DNA of 64,000 nucleotides from Vulcanimicrobiota bacterium (GTDB taxonomy: Bacteria; Vulcanimicrobiota; Xenobia; Xenobiales; JADMJV01). Below the pieces are notes generated by a model. That model saw nothing but the letters and a program-made list of their open reading frames with translations, ran no database searches and was not told the origin of the DNA. This document shows positions 9,323 through 16,603 of the stretch, one piece after another (positions within the stretch are counted from its first letter, which is position 1; every line of letters starts with the position of its first letter). Where the stretch lies: positions 1,956,791 through 2,020,790 of the forward strand of contig JBFWNU010000001.1 of NCBI GenBank assembly GCA_050250895.1, given 5' to 3'. The position numbers were made by a program, and so were the translations under genes.

Positions 9323-10506
9323 GAGGGCACATCCAGAAGCGGGGCAACGGTTACCGGGTCGAGATTCACATCGGCTACGACGAGCAAGGCAAGCGGATTC
9401 GCCACCGCCAGACACTCTCGACCAAGAAGGCGGCCGAGAAGTACATGCGTGCCAAGCTCGACGAGCTGGAGACCGAAGGCGGCATCCGCGCGAAGAGCCT
9501 CGAGACACTGGAAGCCTATCTCAAGCGGTGGCTAGAGGTGTCGGCCGCGCCCCGCGTCAGGCAGCGCACGCTGGAGGACTACACCGAGAAGCTTCGTGGC
9601 TACGTCTTCGAAACGCCGCTCGGCCGCAAGCCGCTCGCCACGGTCACGCCGAGCGACATCCAGGAGCTTTACGCATCGGTGCAGGCCCGAGTAAAGGCGT
9701 CAGGCCGTGGCAACGGCGTGACCTCGGTGAAGCGCCTTCACGCGGTGCTGAGGAGCGCCATTAACCAGGCGGTGAAGTGGCGTCTGCTCACTCAGAACGT
9801 CTGCCTGTTTGTCGACCTACCGAAACAAAATCGGGCCGATGACCCGTATGGCCGCCAGCACAAAAAGGAGGTCCTTCAGACAGAGGATTTCCCGGCCTTC
9901 ATCCAGGCCGCCCTACAGGAAGAGCGCCTCGGGGCAATGTGGGTTCTGGCGCTGCAGACCGGCCTGCGCCCTGGTGAGTATCTGGGTCTTCAGTGGGCCG
10001 ACTTCGGACCGAACCTTCGCCAGTTCACCGTCAACCGCGCCCTGGTCCGGGTGCGCACCGAGGACGGACAGGGTTGGCGGTTCGAGGAGCCCAAGACCCG
10101 CCGGAGCCGGCGAACGGTGGTGCTCGACACCGAGGTCATCTTCTTGCTCAAGCAGCATCGAACCCAGCAGAACGAGGAGCGTTTGGCCGCGGGTTCGGCC
10201 TACGAGGACCACGACCTGGTGTTCTGCAACGAGATCGGCGGGCCGCTCCACCAGCACAACCTATCTCAGAGGGTTTTCCCTCGCATCATCGAGCGGGCCG
10301 GCCTGTCGGGCAAGCTCACGCCTTACAGTTTGCGCCACAGCACGGCGACCCACTTGCTCCGGGCTCGCGAGAACCTCAAGATCGTTTCCGAGCTGCTCGG
10401 CCATAGCTCCATCAGCCTAACGGCCGATGTATACTCCCACGTGGCCCCGGACATGCTGGAAGGGGCAGCCAGCAAAATGGGAAGCGCGATGTTCGGCATG
10501 CAGTGA
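9319..10506 (+). CDS. int: Tyrosine recombinase / integrase
   Basis: TGLRPGE, PKT, YSLRHS, LLGHS and DVYSH catalytic motifs; N-terminal arm-binding domain. Confidence 0.95.
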   Translation: MRGHIQKRGNGYRVEIHIGYDEQGKRIRHRQTLSTKKAAEKYMRAKLDELETEGGIRAKSLETLEAYLKRWLEVSAAPRVRQRTLEDYTEKLRGYVFETPLGRKPLATVTPSDIQELYASVQARVKASGRGNGVTSVKRLHAVLRSAINQAVKWRLLTQNVCLFVDLPKQNRADDPYGRQHKKEVLQTEDFPAFIQAALQEERLGAMWVLALQTGLRPGEYLGLQWADFGPNLRQFTVNRALVRVRTEDGQGWRFEEPKTRRSRRTVVLDTEVIFLLKQHRTQQNEERLAAGSAYEDHDLVFCNEIGGPLHQHNLSQRVFPRIIERAGLSGKLTPYSLRHSTATHLLRARENLKIVSELLGHSSISLTADVYSHVAPDMLEGAASKMGSAMFGMQ

Positions 10507-10688
10507 AGGCGAGTTCATGCGCGGAAATGGTCCATATGAAATCGTTCAAGGCCCGACTCAAACTAGCTCAGCCAATCTGCCTCCACTGTCAGCAACCCCA
10601 TCTTGACCCCGAGTTCAAGCCGGTGTCGTCGAATCTCTGTGGGTACTGTGCGATTGCCGTCTGGGAGGGGCCTCCCGAGAAAGACTAG
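10503..10688 (+). CDS. Small CxxC-CxxC zinc-finger-like protein
   Basis: CLHC...CGYC; GTGA overlap with the integrase stop; start uncertain. Confidence 0.4.
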   Translation: MKASSCAEMVHMKSFKARLKLAQPICLHCQQPHLDPEFKPVSSNLCGYCAIAVWEGPPEKD

Positions 10689-10784
10689 AGCTGGCCCTGG
10701 ATTGAGGGGGCCGTGGCCGGGATAGCCAATTTGGTCCCCAATAGGTCCCCAGGCCGGCCATCCTGGCCATGGTCTCCCCTCGCC

Positions 10785-10823
10785 AAAAGAAGAGAGAACC
10801 GCACGACTGCGCGGTTCTCTCTT
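10785..10823 (-). terminator. Intrinsic terminator of the tRNA operon
   Basis: 13-bp stem AAGAGAGAACCGC/GCGGTTCTCTCTT followed by a T-rich tract on the minus strand. Confidence 0.75.
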
Positions 10824-10897
10824 GGTGGGTCGTGTAGGATTTGAACCTACGACCACCTGATTAAAAGTCAGATGCTCTACCCCTGAGCTAACGACCC
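10823..10897 (-). tRNA. tRNA-Lys(TTT), probable integration site
   Basis: Canonical cloverleaf; anticodon arm CTGA-CTTTTAA-TCAG; CCA encoded. Confidence 0.95.
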
Positions 10898-10903
10898 AGA
10901 AAG

Positions 10904-10976
10904 CACGCCCGGAGGGACTCGAACCCCCAACCTACAGATCCGAAGTCTGTTGCTCTATCCATTGAGCTACGGACGC
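10904..10976 (-). tRNA. tRNA-Arg(TCG)
   Basis: Anticodon arm ACAGA-CTTCGGA-TCTGT; CCA not encoded. Confidence 0.92.
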
Positions 10977-11017
10977 TCGACGGAACTAGGCTGGGGTGAC
11001 CCATCCAGGTCCCAAGT

Positions 11018-11095
11018 TGGGGTGAGTGAGGGGACTTGAACCCCCGACCTCTGGTTCCACAGACCAGCGCTCTAACCGACTGAGCTACACTCACC
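11018..11095 (-). tRNA. tRNA-His(GTG) with encoded G-1
   Basis: 8-bp acceptor GGTGAGTG/CACTCACC plus CCA; loop CTGTGGA. Confidence 0.95.
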
Positions 11096-11102
11096 ACGTC
11101 TT

Positions 11103-11178
11103 TGGCACGCCCAGGAGGACTCGAACCTCCGACCTACTGCTTAGAAGGCAGTTGCTCTATCCGCTGAGCTATGGGCGC
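11103..11178 (-). tRNA. tRNA-Arg(TCT)
   Basis: Anticodon arm ACTGC-CTTCTAA-GCAGT; CCA encoded. Confidence 0.95.
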
Positions 11179-11209
11179 AGTTTATGTCTCGAGTTTACCC
11201 GAGGCCCGC

Positions 11210-11287
11210 TGGTCGGAGCGGCCGGATTCGAACCGGCGACCCCTTGCTCCCAAAGCAAGTGCGCTGACCAGACTGCGCCACGCTCCG
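11210..11287 (-). tRNA. tRNA-Pro(TGG)
   Basis: Anticodon arm CTTGC-TTTGGGA-GCAAG; CCA encoded. Confidence 0.95.
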
Positions 11288-11307
11288 TCTAAGCTGCGGG
11301 CCCACAC

Positions 11308-11336
11308 AGTATACTAGCAGAGCAAGGGTTCGTCAA
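11308..11336 (-). promoter_or_regulatory. Sigma70 promoter of the tRNA operon
   Basis: TTGACG-17 nt-TATACT just upstream of tRNA-Pro. Confidence 0.8.
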
Positions 11337-11947
11337 TAACTGTTCGAGACCGATTGGGGAGCGATGCCGAGGGCCTCCATCAGGCCTAGAAAAGCCCGCG
11401 CCCGATGGCTGATCTTGTTCTTCTCCTCGGCCGCAAGTTCGGCCATGGTGCAACCTCGCCGGGGCAGCTCGAAGATCGGATCATAGCCAAAGCCGCCCTC
11501 GCCGCTGGGTTGCTGGGCGATGCGTCCTTCACACACCCCTTCCACCGACTCTTCGCGGCCGTCGGGATAGACCAACGCGGCGACGCACCGAAAGCGAGCC
11601 CCGCGTTGCTCGGCGGGAAGGTCGGCAAGCCGCTCGAGCACCTTGAGGATCTTCTGGGAGTGAGGAGTGTCGGCACCGGCGAAACGGGCTGAGTGCAGGC
11701 CGGGTTGGCCGCCCAGGGCGTCGACCTCGAGCCCCGAGTCGTCGGCCAGGCAGGCGGCCCCGGTATGGCGGGCATAAGCGCGCGCTTTGATGAGTGCGTT
11801 CTCGAGATAGGTCGCGCCGTTTTCGACAGGCTCGGGAGTAGGGTCGAAGTCGGCCAGGCTCTTGAGTTCGACGGGATACTCCTTGAGGATGGCCCGGATC
11901 TCTTCGATTTTATGGGGGTTGCCGGTGGCAACGACAAACGAATGCAT
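11333..11947 (-). CDS. rdgB: XTP/dITP diphosphatase (RdgB/HAM1)
   Basis: ATGNPHK, ADDSGLEVDALGG.PG, GFGYDPIF and KNKISHR motifs. Confidence 0.95.
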   Translation of the reverse strand: MHSFVVATGNPHKIEEIRAILKEYPVELKSLADFDPTPEPVENGATYLENALIKARAYARHTGAACLADDSGLEVDALGGQPGLHSARFAGADTPHSQKILKVLERLADLPAEQRGARFRCVAALVYPDGREESVEGVCEGRIAQQPSGEGGFGYDPIFELPRRGCTMAELAAEEKNKISHRARAFLGLMEALGIAPQSVSNSY

Positions 11948-12252
11948 CAAGACTTGTTTAAGTGGTTGATCTCGGTCCAACTCTCGTCGATCTGCCACTG
12001 CAAGGTCTTGACATCCTGGCACATCGCCAACAGTTCGGGGTCGGTCAGCTTGTTCTTGGCATACAGCTCGTAGACTTTGTGAGCCAGAGCCTGCATCTTG
12101 CGCTCTTTCTCTTCGCGCTTCTCTTGCACGTCCATCTTGAGTCGCTGGATGCGCAACATCTTCTCAGAGCTACGAATGGCCGCTTCTTTACTCTTTTGGA
12201 CGCTTTTCGAGGCGCCCTTGAACGAGTCGCCCAGCATGTCAAATAGTCCCAT
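11947..12252 (-). CDS. Hypothetical coiled-coil protein
   Basis: Lys/Glu-rich 101 aa ORF coupled to rdgB. Confidence 0.75.
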   Translation of the reverse strand: MGLFDMLGDSFKGASKSVQKSKEAAIRSSEKMLRIQRLKMDVQEKREEKERKMQALAHKVYELYAKNKLTDPELLAMCQDVKTLQWQIDESWTEINHLNKS

Positions 12253-12266
12253 ATGGCGTGAATTCT

Positions 12267-13580
12267 TTACCGTGCCTGCTTAGTCCTTTGAACCGCGGCG
12301 TTCCAGGCGTTAGCTGCTCGTTCGAGCACTTCGTCGAGGTCGGCCTCGGTATGGGCCCAGGAGACGCAAGCGGCATCCCAGGTCGACGGAGGAAGATAGA
12401 TACCGGCCGCCAGCAGCGCGTGAAAGAACTGGCCGAAGAGCCGGGCGTCTAAGCGGCGGGCATCGCGATGGTCGCGAAGGCGCGAGGGGCCGAAGCCCAC
12501 CGAGAACATCGAACCCACCCTCTGCACCACCATCCGCTGGTCGATTTCGGCCAGCCCCTGGCAGAGGCGCTCCCCCAGCCGGTCGAGGCGTTGGTAGAAG
12601 CCCGGCTTGAGATACTCGGTGAGAGCGGCGATGCCGGCCCGCATGGTGACGGGGTTGCCGCAGAAGGTGCCGGCCTGATAGACCGGCCCCAGGGGGGCCA
12701 ACCGTTGCATCAGGTCGGGCCGGCCGCCGTAGGCTCCTACGGGCAGACCGCCGCCCAGGGCTTTGCCAAGACAGGTCAGATCAGGGCGTACGTCATAGAG
12801 TTGCTGGGCTCCGCCAGCGGCCACCCGAAAGCCCGTCAAGACCTCGTCGAAAATTAACAGGGCTCCGTGTTGATCGCAGAGTTGGCGCAGGCCGGGCAGA
12901 AAGTCGGGCTCGGGGGGGATGACGCCCATGCTGCCGGTGACCGGTTCGACAATGACGGCCGCAACGTCATGTTGGGTCAACAGAGCCTCGACCGAGGTCA
13001 GATCGTTGAAAATGGCCAGGAGGGTGTCGGCCACGAGGGAGGGCGACGAGCCCATGGCCAGCGACCCGCCCGCTTCTTCGGCCTCCAGCCCAACGGCGTC
13101 AAGACACGCTACATGGCCGTGGTAGCAGCCCTCGAACTTGACGATCTTGGAGCGGCCGGTGGCCGCCCGGGCCACCCGCAGGGCGCTCATCACCGCCTCG
13201 GCCCCCGAGTTGACAAAGCGCAGCATCTCCAGGCTGGGAACGGCCCGGCGCACCAACTCCGCCAGTTCGAGTTCCCAGGGGGTGGGAGCGCCGAAGATGG
13301 CCCCGTCGAGTAGCGCCTGCGAGGCGGCCTCGATCACCGCCGGGTGGGCGTGGCCCAGCACCAGGGGGCCCCAGGCCCCACAAAGGTCGATGTACTCGCG
13401 GCCTTCGACATCCCAGACCCGGCTGCCCAACCCCCGCCGCAGCACTCGAGCCGTGCCCCCCACCAGATGAAAAGAGCGAAACGGGCTATTGACCCCGCCC
13501 GGGATCAGCTCGCTCAATCGCGTGTAGGTCTTGTCAGAGCTAATGAAATCAGGGATACTCATGGGTGGGCACCGTTCCAC
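12267..13580 (-). CDS. hemL: Glutamate-1-semialdehyde 2,1-aminomutase
   Basis: IPGGVNSP.R, FDEV.TGFR, LGKALGGGLPVGAYGG, YQAGTFCGNP; start may be 13562. Confidence 0.93.
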   Translation of the reverse strand: MERCPPMSIPDFISSDKTYTRLSELIPGGVNSPFRSFHLVGGTARVLRRGLGSRVWDVEGREYIDLCGAWGPLVLGHAHPAVIEAASQALLDGAIFGAPTPWELELAELVRRAVPSLEMLRFVNSGAEAVMSALRVARAATGRSKIVKFEGCYHGHVACLDAVGLEAEEAGGSLAMGSSPSLVADTLLAIFNDLTSVEALLTQHDVAAVIVEPVTGSMGVIPPEPDFLPGLRQLCDQHGALLIFDEVLTGFRVAAGGAQQLYDVRPDLTCLGKALGGGLPVGAYGGRPDLMQRLAPLGPVYQAGTFCGNPVTMRAGIAALTEYLKPGFYQRLDRLGERLCQGLAEIDQRMVVQRVGSMFSVGFGPSRLRDHRDARRLDARLFGQFFHALLAAGIYLPPSTWDAACVSWAHTEADLDEVLERAANAWNAAVQRTKQAR

Positions 13581-13656
13581 GAGCGGGACTACCCACCTGC
13601 AGGACCGGTTTTAGGGGCCGCGAACTTCTACCTTTCAAGGAGGTTATGCTTCCCGC

Positions 13657-14874
13657 ATGCCCAGATTCGTCTACGACGCGCTGGACTACAAGGGTCGCGC
13701 CATCCAGGGCGAAGTCACCGCACCCGACATCGATACCGTCGTAGCCGATCTCCAGAAGATCCGCTATACGGTCACCAATGTTCGGGAGAAGAGCGAGGTG
13801 GTGGCCAAACTGGGCAACGTGCTGGGCAGTTTCCAGCGCGTCTCTTTCTATGCCCTGGCGGTGTTCACGCGGCAGCTGGCTACGCTGCTCGACTCGGGTA
13901 TTCCCATGCTGCGGGCCGTGCAGGGTCTCACTCAGCAGAACCTCAACGACCGGCTGACCCGGGCCGTAGTGTCGCTTCACAAGGACCTCAAGGAAGGGTT
14001 CGCCCTCTCCAGGGCTCTCTCGCGCCAGCCCGACGTCTTTAGCCCCATCTATGTGGCCATGGTGCGTGCCGGCGAGATGTCGGGCGCCATGGACGAGATG
14101 CTGACCCGCCTGGCCAATCTGCTCGAACGCGAGTTTCGCCTGCGCAAGAAGGTGCAAGCAGCCACCACCTATCCCCTGGTGGTGTTCAGTATCTGCATGC
14201 TGGTCACGTTCTTTCTGGTCAACCACATCTTTCCGACCTTCATCAACCTCTTCCGAGGGCTGTCGGTCGAGCTGCCGCCCACCACCAGGGCTTTGATCAC
14301 CATCACCGAGACCATGAACAACCCGATGGTGGTCATTCCCACTTTGCTCGGGCTCGTGGCCGCTCTGTTCTTGCTGAGCAAGTATTTCAAGACTCCCATC
14401 GGCCGCCGGCAGTGGAGCTGGCTGATGCTCGAGCTACCCTGGCTCGGCGATGTCAATCGCAAGGTCGCGATGACTCGCATGTGCCGTACTCTGGGTACTC
14501 TCATCGATAGCGGCATTCCCATGCTCCATTCGCTGCAGATCGTGGCTTTTTCGGTGGGCAACGCCGTGCTCTCAGACATTCTCGAAGAGATCCAGGGCAG
14601 CATGAAGACGGGCATGCATCTCTCCTTGCGCATGGCCGATTATCGCATCTTTCCGCCTATGTTGGTCCATATGACCAAGGTCGGCGAAGAGACCGGCAAC
14701 ATGTCGAAGATGCTCAGCAAATTGGCGGGCTTCTTCGATGAAGAGGTGGAGTACTCGCTGCAAGCCTTTACTTCGCTGATTGAACCCGTTATGATCGTTT
14801 GTATGGGCACGCTGGTGCTTTTTGTGCTGGTAGCGGTGTTCCAGCCGATTTATAGTCTGATGGGGCAGTTTTAA
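13657..14874 (+). CDS. pilC: Type IV pilus / T2SS inner-membrane platform protein (PilC/GspF)
   Basis: FTRQLATLLDSGIP, AGEMSG and GEETG repeats; LIEP plus TM helices. Confidence 0.92.
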   Translation: MPRFVYDALDYKGRAIQGEVTAPDIDTVVADLQKIRYTVTNVREKSEVVAKLGNVLGSFQRVSFYALAVFTRQLATLLDSGIPMLRAVQGLTQQNLNDRLTRAVVSLHKDLKEGFALSRALSRQPDVFSPIYVAMVRAGEMSGAMDEMLTRLANLLEREFRLRKKVQAATTYPLVVFSICMLVTFFLVNHIFPTFINLFRGLSVELPPTTRALITITETMNNPMVVIPTLLGLVAALFLLSKYFKTPIGRRQWSWLMLELPWLGDVNRKVAMTRMCRTLGTLIDSGIPMLHSLQIVAFSVGNAVLSDILEEIQGSMKTGMHLSLRMADYRIFPPMLVHMTKVGEETGNMSKMLSKLAGFFDEEVEYSLQAFTSLIEPVMIVCMGTLVLFVLVAVFQPIYSLMGQF

Positions 14875-15293
14875 TGAAAAGATATCTCACCATTTGTTTG
14901 CTGGTCCTGTTGACGGGGCTTCCCGGGTTGGCCGGCGTGGCTGGCGACAGCGAGGTTGTCCCCCACGACCCTGACGGACCGCCGGTGGTGAGCGAGTCAC
15001 AGAGTCATCAGCAAGGCACCCCTGGCTCGGGCAGTTTGCGCTCGGCGGCCGAGTTCAACTCTGAAGTGCACGACACCGCTCTCTCGCGCCGCACCGATGA
15101 GACCGCGGCCGCGGCCAACGGCACGGCCGTCAGGCCCGAGGACGGGGCTACTCCCGGAGCGCCGGGCGAGGCCGGCACTTACCCGCTGGTTCCCGGGGGC
15201 AACAGCACCTGGCCCATGCTGGCGATCGCCATCTTGCTGCTGCTGTTTGCCGGCGGAGGCGGCTATTATTTCTACGCCCGCAAGGAAGAGTGA
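14874..15293 (+). CDS. Exported protein with C-terminal membrane anchor
   Basis: Signal peptide, disordered middle, C-terminal TM helix and RKEE tail. Confidence 0.65.
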   Translation: MKRYLTICLLVLLTGLPGLAGVAGDSEVVPHDPDGPPVVSESQSHQQGTPGSGSLRSAAEFNSEVHDTALSRRTDETAAAANGTAVRPEDGATPGAPGEAGTYPLVPGGNSTWPMLAIAILLLLFAGGGGYYFYARKEE

Positions 15294-15809
15294 GTGGGCT
15301 ACTGCCCCGAGTGTCTACAAGAACGGGTTGACGAACTGGCGCGGTGCCCTCTGGACCGCGCTTTTTACGTCGAGGTCCATTGTGGGTCATGCGGGGCTGA
15401 AGGCTGGCCGCGCGAGAGATTCTGCGGGGCCTGCGGTCAGCCGATCGAACAGGCTGCGCTGACCAGCCCTCTCGAGCCCGCGTCGCTGGGGCGGCGGGTG
15501 GTGGCCGCCCTGGTCGACGGTCTGGCCCTGTTCATCATCTTCACGTCGTTGGTCGAATCTCGTCTGCCGGCCGGCCTGTTGCCGTTAGCCTGGCTCGGTT
15601 ACTACGTCGTCTTTCAGGCCGGCGGGCGGCGCACGGTGGGCCAGGCCCTGGTGGGCACCCTGGTTCTGAGCGAGAAGTTCCAGCTTCTGGGGTGGGGCAC
15701 GAGCACGCTGCGTAGCCTCGCTTCGCTGCTGGGATGGCTGGCTCTGTTCGGGCTGGACCTGCCGGCCCGCTGGACCAAGACCTGCGAATGGCGGGTTCCT
15801 GAGCTTTGA
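15294..15809 (+). CDS. Zinc-ribbon plus RDD-family membrane protein
   Basis: CxxC pairs; ASLGRRVVAALVD and G.RTVGQ RDD motifs. Confidence 0.75.
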   Translation: MGYCPECLQERVDELARCPLDRAFYVEVHCGSCGAEGWPRERFCGACGQPIEQAALTSPLEPASLGRRVVAALVDGLALFIIFTSLVESRLPAGLLPLAWLGYYVVFQAGGRRTVGQALVGTLVLSEKFQLLGWGTSTLRSLASLLGWLALFGLDLPARWTKTCEWRVPEL

Positions 15810-16603
15810 CGGGAGTGGCCCTGAGCCTTGTTCCGGCGGCTTTTTGGCTGTGGTATCTCGCCGGCCTGGGCTCGAAGCAGCCCGGCTCGGGACGAGCTTG
15901 TCTGGCCGCCTTCGGGCTTGGCTTGTTGTCTCCGTTGGTGGTGCTGGCCCTGCCGGCCCCCGCCATGCCCAACCAGGTGTTGAGCTTGCTGGTTTTCTTC
16001 GTGGTCGCGGTGGGCCTGGTGGAGGAGACCAGCAAGATGTTGGTGGGGTTGCTGGCGGTCAAGCTATTGAAGCGCCGGGACACCATCGACGCCTTGCTGC
16101 TGGGTGGGTGCGTCGCCCTGGGCTTTGCCACCACCGAGAACGTGGTCTATGTGCACAGGTTTGGCGAGACGGTCATTCTCGGGCGCGCCATGATGAGCAC
16201 TTTCGGGCACGTGCTGATGTCGGCGTTTTGGGCGTTTGCTCTGACCGCCGGGGCCAGGCGACTGGTCGGTGGTCTGGTGGCTGCGGCCGTGGTGCACGGC
16301 CTCTATGATTGGCTGCTGATGATCGGCTGGGGATGGGCGGCGGTGGGCTTTTTGCTACTGCTGTGGTCGATCTTTCGGGTCAGGGTGGTAACCGGCCATC
16401 TCGAGGCGAGCCATCGCGTCTTCGTCACCCGCAAGGTGGTCGAGTGTCGGGCTTGCCACACTCTGGTTCGGGCCGAGGTGGCCTACTGCACCCAGTGCGG
16501 CAAAGCCCGCGCGGGCGATGAGAAGATCGCTTGTCGCAATTGTTTGGTGACGGTCGACCCGGATGCCCCCAGTTGCCCGGGCTGCGAATGCCGCTTCGCC
16601 TAG
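15806..16603 (+). CDS. PrsW-family intramembrane protease with C-terminal double zinc ribbon
   Basis: VEETSK, GFATTEN, H and HGLYD motifs; four CxxC at the C-terminus. Confidence 0.85.
   Translation: MTGVALSLVPAAFWLWYLAGLGSKQPGSGRACLAAFGLGLLSPLVVLALPAPAMPNQVLSLLVFFVVAVGLVEETSKMLVGLLAVKLLKRRDTIDALLLGGCVALGFATTENVVYVHRFGETVILGRAMMSTFGHVLMSAFWAFALTAGARRLVGGLVAAAVVHGLYDWLLMIGWGWAAVGFLLLLWSIFRVRVVTGHLEASHRVFVTRKVVECRACHTLVRAEVAYCTQCGKARAGDEKIACRNCLVTVDPDAPSCPGCECRFA

Larger units (their letters stand above)
1..10822. mobile_element. Integrated prophage or phage-satellite-like element; left end outside or at window edge; right end abuts tRNA-Lys(TTT) 3' end
   Basis: Tyrosine integrase next to a tRNA 3' end; divergent XRE repressor/Cro/Xis; helicase, Rep and tape measure genes mostly coupled by ATGA/GTGA overlaps. 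Confidence 0.9.

Noticed and set aside
10563-11292. Short ORFs over the tRNA cluster
   Set aside because: They are translations of tRNA genes
14874-15293. Sortase (LPXTG) or PEP-CTERM sorting signal
   Set aside because: A TM helix and charged tail are present but neither motif matches
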